This document shows, in pieces, positions 56,560 through 64,000 of a stretch of 64,000 nucleotides of DNA. A model generated the notes under the pieces. That model ran no database searches, was not told the origin of the DNA, and saw only the letters and a list, made by a program, of their open reading frames with translations. The position numbers and the translations under genes were made by a program. Positions within the stretch are counted from its first letter, which is position 1; each line of letters begins with the position of its first letter. Where the stretch lies: positions 2,823-66,822 of the forward strand of contig JBEIUI010000001.1 in the NCBI GenBank assembly GCA_040374425.1, in the 5' to 3' direction. Source of the stretch: Verrucomicrobiia bacterium (GTDB lineage: Bacteria; Verrucomicrobiota; Verrucomicrobiia; Chthoniobacterales; Chthoniobacteraceae).

Positions 56560-56777
56560 AGGAAAAGTATTAATCGCCAACCCTTCTCCGGAAGGCAAGG
56601 CACGGGAATTTTTTCAAAAGTGAATCCTCAGCCGGGCCCAACTCCTCTCGCAGTCCTCCCAGGGCCCCCTTTTTCCTCCCGGGGATGCCGACCGACGCGG
56701 ATGAATTCCCGCCCAATCCCCCCCTGTTGATTTGGCAGTTTGCTCCCATAGCCCAAAGCCCGTATGTTCGAGACAGC

Positions 56778-57650
56778 ATGCGCATGACGTCGAGTTCCAG
56801 CGATTTTCAGCCTCTTGGCTCTCTGGGCCGGCTGCCCATTTACCTCACCACCGTGCTTTCAGCGCTCTACGTGCTGGGCATGCTCGTCACCGCCGTGCTC
56901 GGCGCCTCCGCGGCTTCCGTGCGCGGGCTGAGCTTTTCCACCCACGATTTCTTCTCCCTGGGCTGGGTGTGGGAACCGCTCACCTGTTCCTTTCTCAATC
57001 CCCCCGATTTCTTCTTCCTCTTCGGCATCTTCTTCTTCTACTCGGCGGGCTTGGAGGTGGAACGTTATCTCGGCCGGACCCAGTTTCTGAAGTTTTACCT
57101 GCTCTGCCTGGGCGTTGTCCCGATCGTGCTCGGGATCTGGCATGGGCTGGGGATCCCCGGAAACCATGCCGGCATGGGCGGCATCACCATCGCGCTTTTT
57201 GTGGCGTTTGCCACGCTCTACCCCGGCCTCCAATACATGGGCTGGGTGCCCCTCAAATACGTGGCCGGCGCCTGTTTCGCCATCGCCTGCCTAGGCTATC
57301 TCCCGGCGCGCAACTGGACGGCTCTCTCCACCGTCGCCGCCGAAGGCGCAGTGGGCTTCTTTTTTGTGCGCTATCTCCAAGGCGGCGGCGCCATAGACTG
57401 GGCCGCTTGGAAGGAAAAAATCTTCGGTCCCCGGCGCAATTTCAAGGTCCTGCCGACCCCAAAAAACCCAACGCATCCCCGCGAAGCTGCCTCAAACACC
57501 CGGGATTCCCGGGACCCCGTGTTCGGATTCATCGATCCGTTGCTTGAAAAAATCGCGCGGAGCGGGCTTGCAAGCCTCACCAGCAAAGAACGCGAGCAAC
57601 TTGAAAAAGCGCGGGAATCCCTGCTCAAAAAAGATCAGCACAAGAAGTAG
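56778..57650 (+). CDS. Rhomboid-fold membrane protein lacking the catalytic dyad, with a C-terminal soluble helix
   Basis: Six predicted TM segments. A rhomboid-like FGxxxxxxxGxxxExxxG segment is present (LFGIFFFYSAGLEVERYLG). GMGG replaces GxSG, and AAEGAVG replaces AHxGG. The C-terminus is DPLLEKIARSGLASLTSKEREQLEKA. Confidence 0.6.
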   Translation: MRMTSSSSDFQPLGSLGRLPIYLTTVLSALYVLGMLVTAVLGASAASVRGLSFSTHDFFSLGWVWEPLTCSFLNPPDFFFLFGIFFFYSAGLEVERYLGRTQFLKFYLLCLGVVPIVLGIWHGLGIPGNHAGMGGITIALFVAFATLYPGLQYMGWVPLKYVAGACFAIACLGYLPARNWTALSTVAAEGAVGFFFVRYLQGGGAIDWAAWKEKIFGPRRNFKVLPTPKNPTHPREAASNTRDSRDPVFGFIDPLLEKIARSGLASLTSKEREQLEKARESLLKKDQHKK

Positions 57651-57781
57651 CGCCCATCCCCAGCCTACTCCGATGTCAGACACCCCCGCCCGGACGCATC
57701 CTGGCGGCGGACGGAAGGGCAAGCCCCCCCAGATCAAAAACAAATCGAGCGGCGCGCTCGAGTGCTGCTAGAGGTTCCATC

Positions 57782-58483
57782 ATGATCGACACGCCTCCGA
57801 GCGACACGTCCCGACGGATCTCCCGGTTCGACAACTCCTACATCACGGCGATGTCCCATTTTTACCGGGGCGAACTGGGCCGGATCATGTCCTGGCGGGC
57901 CCGGCTCGATATCACCACCAACTGGGCCATCACCACCTCCACCACCATCTTCACCGTCGCGTTCTCCTTCGAGCGCGTCCCGCACATCATCTTCTTTTTC
58001 AACGTGGCGATTGTCTGGATCATGCTCTGGATTGAGGCGCGCCGGTACCGATTCTACGACGCGTTCCGCGCCAGGGTCCGCATGCTCGAAGCCCATTTCC
58101 TGGTGCCGATCGTGGCGCAGAACACCCAGCTCCTTCAGGGGGAATGGCAGAAGCTGGTATGCGAGGATCTCCTGCTGCCCTCCTTCAAAATCAGCAGGTT
58201 TGAAGCCTTCGGCCGCAGGCTCAAACGCAATTACACTTTCATCTTCCTGGTCATCCTCGTGGCCTGGATCACCAAGATCTTTCTTCACGCCGAAAAACCC
58301 ATCACCGATTTCGCCTCCTTCTACGCCGCCCTCCAGGTCGGCACCTCCATCCCCAGCTGGCTGGTGGCCACCATCTTGGTCGCCACTTTCACCTCCGTCA
58401 TCGCCATCACCGCTTACATCAGCAGCCGATCCAACGGGGAAATCTCCGAGTTCGGCACCCACCGCTCCCTGTGGCGGATTTAA
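57782..58483 (+). CDS. DUF2270 family membrane protein
   Basis: MSHFYRGELGRIMSWRARLDITTNWAITTS is typical of DUF2270. Confidence 0.65.
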   Translation: MIDTPPSDTSRRISRFDNSYITAMSHFYRGELGRIMSWRARLDITTNWAITTSTTIFTVAFSFERVPHIIFFFNVAIVWIMLWIEARRYRFYDAFRARVRMLEAHFLVPIVAQNTQLLQGEWQKLVCEDLLLPSFKISRFEAFGRRLKRNYTFIFLVILVAWITKIFLHAEKPITDFASFYAALQVGTSIPSWLVATILVATFTSVIAITAYISSRSNGEISEFGTHRSLWRI

Positions 58484-58487
58484 CCCC

Positions 58488-59288
58488 ATGTCATCCCTCC
58501 CGCCCTCTTCCTCCAATGAAAGCCTCCATCATCTCCGCCAAATTGTCGCCCGGCTGCGCGCCCCGGACGGCTGCCCTTGGGACCGCGAGCAAACCCACAT
58601 GAGCCTGAGGGCCAGCCTCCTGGAGGAGGCCTATGAAGTCGTCCACGCCATCGAAGAGCAAGACCCCACTCACCTCTGCGAGGAACTCGGGGATTTGCTT
58701 CTCCAAGTGGTTTTCCACTCCCAACTCGCCCAGGAAACAGGCCAGTTCACCTTCGAAAACGTCGCCGCCGGCATCGCCGAAAAATTGGTCCGTCGCCACC
58801 CTCACGTCTTCGGGGCAGATCACTGCGCGGACTCCTCCGAGGTGCTCCAACGCTGGGAAGACATCAAACGCGCCGAGCGCGGTAAAGAAAACGCCCCGGA
58901 ATCCGCGCTCGACGGCGTGTCCGGTGGTTTACCCGCCCTGATGCGTGCGGAGAAGATCCAGAAGAAAGCCGCGCGGACTGGGTTCGACTGGTCGGAAATC
59001 GGGCCGGTGCTCGACAAGGTGCGAGAGGAACTCGCGGAGGTTGAGGCGGAGGTCGGGATGGACCCTGAAAGACTGGAGGGGGAAATCGGCGACCTGCTCT
59101 TCAGCGTGGTGAATCTGGCGCGTAAACTCAAAATCGACGGGGAAGTGGCGCTCCATCGCGCCACCGAAAAATTCACGACCCGGTTCCAATCCCTAGAGAA
59201 ACTGGCCGTTGAGAAGGGGCTCGTCCTGGAAAAACTTTCGCTCCCCGAAATGGACGCCCTCTGGGATGAAATCAAAACCCGGCCCTAG
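58488..59288 (+). CDS. mazG: Nucleoside triphosphate pyrophosphohydrolase MazG
   Basis: LRAPDGCPWDREQTH and EEAYEV...ELGDLLLQV, followed by a second MazG repeat EELAEV...EIGDLLFSVVNLAR. Confidence 0.92.
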   Translation: MSSLPPSSSNESLHHLRQIVARLRAPDGCPWDREQTHMSLRASLLEEAYEVVHAIEEQDPTHLCEELGDLLLQVVFHSQLAQETGQFTFENVAAGIAEKLVRRHPHVFGADHCADSSEVLQRWEDIKRAERGKENAPESALDGVSGGLPALMRAEKIQKKAARTGFDWSEIGPVLDKVREELAEVEAEVGMDPERLEGEIGDLLFSVVNLARKLKIDGEVALHRATEKFTTRFQSLEKLAVEKGLVLEKLSLPEMDALWDEIKTRP

Positions 59289-59382
59289 CCGCTGCCGTCG
59301 GGCACAGCTCAAGCCGGGACCGGGCGGGCGAAGTTGCGCTTGTCCGTCCCGGGAGCACTGGTAGCGTCGCCGCACGTTTCGC

Positions 59383-60972
59383 ATGGCTGATCACGGATAC
59401 CTCGCGCTGGTTCTTCACGCACACCTCCCCTACGTGCGGCATCCGGAATATGATGAATTTCTGGAGGAAGACTGGCTGTATGAAGCCATCTCCGAGACGT
59501 ATCTGCCGCTCTTGGAGGTGCTCTACGGGCTGAGCGACGAGAAAATCCCCGCGCCGATCACGCTGTCACTAACCCCGCCGCTCTGCCACATGCTGCGGGA
59601 CCCGCTTCTTCAGGAGCGCTATGGGCGGTACTTGGAACGGTCGATTGATCTGGCCCGCCGGGAAACCGAACGCACCCGGGGCCAGGACCGCCTCGAATCC
59701 ATCGCGTCGTTTTATCTCGATCGGCTCCTCCACATTCAGACCGCCTACGAGACGCGCTGGAAACGGGATCTCGTCGGCGCTTTTGCCGAACTCCAAAACC
59801 GCGGCGCCATTGAGATCATCACCTGCGCGGCGACCCACGGGTTTCTGCCCCTGATGGAGAACTTCCACGAGGCCGTGCGCGCCCAGGTGCTCATCGCCTG
59901 CGATCATTACCGGGAAATGTTCGGGCGCCCACCGCGCGGCATCTGGCTGCCGGAATGCGCCTATGTGTCCAGCCTCGACGAGGTGCTGCGCCAGGCCGAC
60001 CTGCGCTGGTTTGTCGTCGACGCCCACGGGCTGATGTTCGGCGCTCCCAGACCCCGCTACGCGATTTACGCCCCCTGCTTCACACCGGCCGGCCCCGCCG
60101 CATTCGGCCGGGACCGGGATTCGAGCCGCCAAGTGTGGAGCGCCGAGGAGGGTTATCCCGGCGACCCGGCCTACCGCGATTTCTACCGCGACATCGGGTT
60201 TGAGCTGTCGGTGGATTACCTGCGCGACTTCCTCCCCGGGGATGGCACCCGCAAATTCACCGGGCTCAAGTATCACCGGGTCACCGGGCCGACTCCGGAC
60301 AAGGATCTTTACCGCCGGGACTGGGCGCTGGGGGCGGCGGATCATCACGCCGGGCATTTCATGGCCAGCCGGGCGGCGCAAATCTCCAACCTGCGCCAGC
60401 ACATGAACGTGCCGCCGATCGTCCTCAGCCCGTTTGACGCCGAGCTCTTCGGCCACTGGTGGTTTGAGGGCCCGGAATTCATCAACCTTTTCCTGCGCAA
60501 AGCGGTACACGACCAGCGCGAGTTTGTCCTCACCACGCCCTCCCAATACCTCACCCGGCACGACACCCATCAGCTCGCCGTTCCGTCCGCCTCAAGCTGG
60601 GGCCACAAGGGCTACTGGGAGGTCTGGCTCGATGACAGCAACTCCTGGATCTATCCCCATCTCCATGTCGCCGCCCGCCGGATGACGGAAATGGCGCGCA
60701 CCCACGCCCAGACACCGCCCTCCGGGCTTCTCGACCGCGCCCTGCGGCAGATGGCGCGCGAACTCCTGCTCGCGCAGTCGAGCGACTGGGCGTTTCTGAT
60801 GAAAACCGGTACGGCAAAAAACTACGCAACCAAGCGCACCAAGGATCACATCCTGCGGTTCACCCGGCTCTACGACCAAGTCCGCGCGGACGCCATTGAC
60901 GCGGCGTTTCTGGAAAACTGCGAATGGCGCGACAACATCTTCCCAGATCTCAATTGGCGGCACTATGTCTGA
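59383..60972 (+). CDS. GH57-family 1,4-alpha-glucan branching enzyme
   Basis: YLALVLHAHLPYV, WLPECAY, and a C-terminal DUF1957-type helical domain (QSSDWAFLM). Confidence 0.9.
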   Translation: MADHGYLALVLHAHLPYVRHPEYDEFLEEDWLYEAISETYLPLLEVLYGLSDEKIPAPITLSLTPPLCHMLRDPLLQERYGRYLERSIDLARRETERTRGQDRLESIASFYLDRLLHIQTAYETRWKRDLVGAFAELQNRGAIEIITCAATHGFLPLMENFHEAVRAQVLIACDHYREMFGRPPRGIWLPECAYVSSLDEVLRQADLRWFVVDAHGLMFGAPRPRYAIYAPCFTPAGPAAFGRDRDSSRQVWSAEEGYPGDPAYRDFYRDIGFELSVDYLRDFLPGDGTRKFTGLKYHRVTGPTPDKDLYRRDWALGAADHHAGHFMASRAAQISNLRQHMNVPPIVLSPFDAELFGHWWFEGPEFINLFLRKAVHDQREFVLTTPSQYLTRHDTHQLAVPSASSWGHKGYWEVWLDDSNSWIYPHLHVAARRMTEMARTHAQTPPSGLLDRALRQMARELLLAQSSDWAFLMKTGTAKNYATKRTKDHILRFTRLYDQVRADAIDAAFLENCEWRDNIFPDLNWRHYV

Positions 60973-62266
60973 GCGCGTTTTTTGGTCGTTGTTCCTCCGG
61001 GCCGTCCCGCTCGGACTGCTCTGCGCACTCTGCCTGGGCGACCTGCCCCCGGCCCGCGCCCAGGACGAGGAACGGCCTCCGGCAAAAAAGCCCGGGGTGC
61101 GCATCACTTTTCTGCCCCCGCCTTTGGAGGGGAACTTAAGCCTGGGGATCTACGACAAGACGGGCAAACTGGTGCGCACCCTGCACCAAGAAGCCACGGA
61201 AAAAGATTTCGTCGCGGGTTTAAACGGGTTCATCACCCATTGGGACGGCAAGGACCAGGCGGGGCGGCCGGTTCCCGCTGGAAAATACTCCGCACGCGGC
61301 TACGCCGTGGGCCGGTTTGAAATCGAGGGCATCGCGTTCTACGCCAACGACTGGCTTGGCGACGAGTCACTGCCCCGGGTCGAGAAAGTCGAATCCCTTG
61401 CGTGGAACCCCGCAGGCTTTCTCTCCCTGCGGGTTCGTCAACCCGGCGGTGCCCCGGCCGCTCTGCGCATCGACCGCGAAGGCCGCGCCACCCAGGCACC
61501 TCCCGGTGAATCCTTACCGCCCGTTCCTGGTCCCTCTCCCTCGATACTCGGCGCGCTGCCTGGCATCGAATCGCTTCAAGCCTCCTGCCTCGGAAACAAC
61601 AACGGCGTGTGGGTGGTGGACAAAACCGCCGCCGGCTTCGAGGTAAAGGAATACTCCACCTCCGGCGAGTTGCGCCGGCGGATGAGTATTCCCAGCGATC
61701 AACCTCCGCCCGTCCAAATCGCCGCGGCCACCGACAGCGATCTGCTTTTCCTCCTCGAAGAAAACGCCTCCCTCCAAAGGGTCCGCGGTTTGTCGCTTGA
61801 ACCCGCGCCCTCCGCGCAACCCGCCCCGTCAGAGAGCACCGCCCCAGCGGAGGGACCGGTGAGTTCGGTCTGGAAAACCTTCCTCTCGAAATCCTGCACC
61901 GTCACCGACCGCTTTGAGGCCGTCAAAGACCAGCTCAGCCGGGAAAAACCGTTTAAACCGGAGGAAAAACTCCGGGTCAGGCTGCTGCCCAACCCGCTCT
62001 TTAAAGACGCGACGCAGGACGTGGACCTCCGGCTCCAGATCGACGAGCAAGGCTCTTATTTCGCCACAACCGACGGGCTCCTCCTCCAGCGGGTCACCGA
62101 AACCCCCTTTCTCAAATGGGCGGTTGCTGGCCGTGAAGGCGGCAGGGCCGTGACCTTTTTTGAAAGCAACGGCGCTGGGGTAGCCGAGTTTCGGGCCAAT
62201 CGGCTCGCCAACATGATGGCTTTTGACGCGGGAGACTACGAATGGTCGCCCGGCAAAAACCCTTAA
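60965..62266 (+). CDS. Secreted hypothetical protein with an N-terminal FlgD-Ig-like domain
   Basis: Signal peptide MSERVFWSLFLRAVPLGLLCALCLG. LSLGIYDKTGKLVRTLH...WDGKDQAGRPVPAGKYSARGYAVG matches the FlgD-Ig/FlgD_ig-type fold signature. The start overlaps the GH57 stop (ATGTCTGA). Confidence 0.6.
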   Translation: MSERVFWSLFLRAVPLGLLCALCLGDLPPARAQDEERPPAKKPGVRITFLPPPLEGNLSLGIYDKTGKLVRTLHQEATEKDFVAGLNGFITHWDGKDQAGRPVPAGKYSARGYAVGRFEIEGIAFYANDWLGDESLPRVEKVESLAWNPAGFLSLRVRQPGGAPAALRIDREGRATQAPPGESLPPVPGPSPSILGALPGIESLQASCLGNNNGVWVVDKTAAGFEVKEYSTSGELRRRMSIPSDQPPPVQIAAATDSDLLFLLEENASLQRVRGLSLEPAPSAQPAPSESTAPAEGPVSSVWKTFLSKSCTVTDRFEAVKDQLSREKPFKPEEKLRVRLLPNPLFKDATQDVDLRLQIDEQGSYFATTDGLLLQRVTETPFLKWAVAGREGGRAVTFFESNGAGVAEFRANRLANMMAFDAGDYEWSPGKNP

Positions 62267-62355
62267 CCCATCGGCTCCCGCGCCTAGGTTCGCGTTCCAT
62301 CGGGGCGACAAAGACGGCCTTGCGCTTGGGGGCGGTGATTTCCTAAAAGGCGCGC

Positions 62356-62895
62356 ATGTCCCGAGACATCGTCTATTTCGACCTTGAAACCCAGCGCACC
62401 GCCAACGACGCCGGGGGCTGGGACAAGAAACGCGACATGGGCATGTCGATCGGCGTCACCTACAGCACCGCGCGGGGCGAGTACCAGATTTACTCGGAAA
62501 AAAACGTCAACGCCCTCATCGATCAACTGCTCCGGGCCGATCTGGTCGTGGGCTTCAACGTGATCAACTTCGATTACGAAGTGCTCATGGGCTACACCAT
62601 CCTTGACCTGCCGCATCAGTGCAAAACGCTGGATCTCCTGGTGGAAATCGAGGCCAAACTCGGCCACCGACTCGGACTCGACGCCGTGGCCACCGCCACG
62701 CTCAAGGTGGGCAAAACCGGAGACGGCCTGGACGCCATCCGGTGGTGGCGCGAGGGGCGTCTTCTGGAGATCGCCGAGTACTGCTGCTTTGACGTGAAAT
62801 GCACCAAACTCGTGCACGAATACGGGGTGGAACACCGGCAGCTTTTCTACACCGACCGTTTCCAGCAGCGCAAAAGCGTGGCTGTGGACTGGTGA
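62356..62895 (+). CDS. RNase H-fold / DnaQ-like 3'-5' exonuclease domain protein
   Basis: IVYFDLET (Exo I-like), GFNVINFDYEVL (Exo II-like), and YCCFDVKCT (Exo III-like). Confidence 0.6.
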   Translation: MSRDIVYFDLETQRTANDAGGWDKKRDMGMSIGVTYSTARGEYQIYSEKNVNALIDQLLRADLVVGFNVINFDYEVLMGYTILDLPHQCKTLDLLVEIEAKLGHRLGLDAVATATLKVGKTGDGLDAIRWWREGRLLEIAEYCCFDVKCTKLVHEYGVEHRQLFYTDRFQQRKSVAVDW

Positions 62896-62943
62896 CGGGC
62901 CGCTTCGGCCCGGACTTGGAACGGCCCGAATTCCGGGCTTCGC

Positions 62944-63390
62944 CTAAGGATTTAAGTTACGGCGATACACCGGTCGTTTGCCGGCCGGAGTTTTGGAGCA
63001 GCGCCTGGCCCACGCTATCGACGCTAATGACATCGCCCGGGCGGTGATCACGCTCCCGATCTCCCGCATCACGCGCTCGCTTGGTTCCCCGCCATCGGTC
63101 ACCCCGGCGATTTCACAAATCTCCCTCGGGTTATCGTCCGCGCTGAGATGACCGTCGGCCTTGCCGAAAGCGCCGCTTCCAGTCTTACCTGCGAGCCGAT
63201 GGTTGCAGATGTTGGCCGCCACCGTGGCGGGATTCGAGAGGTACGCGCCCTGATCGGCCAGCAAAACCAACGCGGTCCCGGCGCAGCGGGCCATGGCCTG
63301 CTGCCGCGCCAATGCAGCCAAATCCGCCAACAATTTGTCCCTATTCCTTGAAGCCTGGGCCCGGACAGAAATTGGCGGTGGCTGGCGCAA
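62944..63390 (-). CDS. Hypothetical protein (very weak resemblance to GlcG/HbpS-type proteins)
   Basis: This is the only ORF in this gap with non-degenerate amino-acid composition. The segment [20 protein letters not shown] loosely recalls the GlcG IGAVGVSG...D motif. No firm family call. Confidence 0.3.
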   Translation of the reverse strand: MRQPPPISVRAQASRNRDKLLADLAALARQQAMARCAGTALVLLADQGAYLSNPATVAANICNHRLAGKTGSGAFGKADGHLSADDNPREICEIAGVTDGGEPSERVMREIGSVITARAMSLASIAWARRCSKTPAGKRPVYRRNLNP

Positions 63391-63690
63391 TCAAAGCCGC
63401 CGCAACGCAGAGAATGCACCGTGAGCAGTTCCAAAAGCGAAGAAGCCGATCCACCTGCCGGGTTCGGCAGAAAAAGCGGCATCATTCTGCTTGAAACCGC
63501 CGGTCCGGCTCCACAGCCTCCGGGCCGTCCGGCGACTGCTTTCCCTTTTTTCCAGTCCCTCACGCTCTCAAAGCCGCAACCATTCGCGACAGACCGGGTT
63601 CCACCGGCCTCCACCCCTGCCCTGTATGACTCTCCACCCCTGGCCCTTGCGCTGCGCTCTCCATTTCCCGGGGAGCCGCCTGATTTTCCC

Positions 63691-64000
63691 ATGAACATCG
63701 TCTCGGCTTCTCTGAGGCGGCCCTTGACGGTGCTGGTGCTGGTGGCCGCCGTGGCTTTAGGGGCACTGCTGGGCCTTCAGCGGATGTCGCGCGACGTCTT
63801 TCCGCCCCTGGGAATCCCCACCATCTACGTGGCGCAACCCTACGGCGGGATGGATCCGGCCCAGATGGAGGGGTTCCTCACTTATTATTACGAGTACCAC
63901 TTCCTCTACATCACCGGGATCGAACACGTGGAATCGAAGTCCATCCAGGGCGCTTCGATCATGAAACTCCAGTTCCATCCCGGAACGGACATGGCTCAGG
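63691..64000 (+). CDS. RND efflux transporter permease, 5' fragment (continues beyond the window)
   Basis: My own translation is [62 protein letters not shown]..., a typical AcrB/CzcA-family N-terminus. The frame is open to base 64000. Confidence 0.85.
   Translation, partial: MNIVSASLRRPLTVLVLVAAVALGALLGLQRMSRDVFPPLGIPTIYVAQPYGGMDPAQMEGFLTYYYEYHFLYITGIEHVESKSIQGASIMKLQFHPGTDMAQ

Noticed and set aside
62896-62936. Two GC hairpins (CGGGCCG-CTT-CGGCCCG, and GCCCG-AATTC-CGGGC) between convergent genes.
   Set aside because: The stems are real but have no U-tract on either strand. They may act as stabilisers or Rho-dependent pause sites, but I cannot support a terminator call.
63099-63698. A 199-aa minus-strand ORF overlapping the hypothetical gene and reaching the RND start.
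   Set aside because: It is G/R/P/W-rich with no motifs, and it overlaps the RND start codon region. It is probably a GC artefact.
1-64000. A window-wide search for tRNA/rRNA genes, CRISPR arrays, IS elements, integrases, prophage or defence-island genes (RT, Cas, restriction-modification, toxin-antitoxin pairs).
   Set aside because: I recognised none. All gaps larger than about 150 bp were read on both strands, and none shows a tRNA cloverleaf signature, spaced direct repeats or terminal inverted repeats. tRNAscan, Infernal and a defence-system finder would be needed to exclude them formally.

Overview
High-GC chromosomal segment with about 50 protein-coding genes. I found no rRNA, tRNA, CRISPR array, transposase or integrase by eye. 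The gene content suggests a diderm PVC-superphylum bacterium, probably Verrucomicrobiota/Opitutales-like. This is an inference from the TolC/RND efflux genes, a PVC-type dehydrogenase/HEAT giant protein next to a ThuA-like gene, and the GC-rich codon usage. Most of the window is housekeeping: tesA-ybbA-ybbP, an RND efflux operon, glgC, glmS, metK-ahcY, ppc, aroB, glpX, trxB, PIN-PhoH, SUI1, pckG, mazG, a GH57 branching enzyme and two orphan hybrid histidine kinases. The most unusual content is a complete but rearranged dlt D-alanylation gene set (dltD / spacer / dltC-dltX-dltA / dltB, 50.0-54.7 kb) in an organism that appears to have an outer membrane. It includes a DltX micro-ORF hidden inside a longer spurious ORF, a G12 homopolymer inside dltA, and an approximately 85-nt G-run/polypurine tract directly upstream of dltC. 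Other points worth a second look:
- An 11-bp tandem repeat behind a near-consensus promoter, in the long leader of a 19-cysteine Csp3-like gene.
- A giant dehydrogenase/HEAT protein that ends in an azurin-type copper site rather than a c-type heme.
- A SahR-like ArsR-methyltransferase regulator divergent from metK-ahcY.
- A rhomboid-fold protein lacking the Ser/His dyad.
All calls rest on reading the translated ORFs and the DNA by eye. No database search was run.
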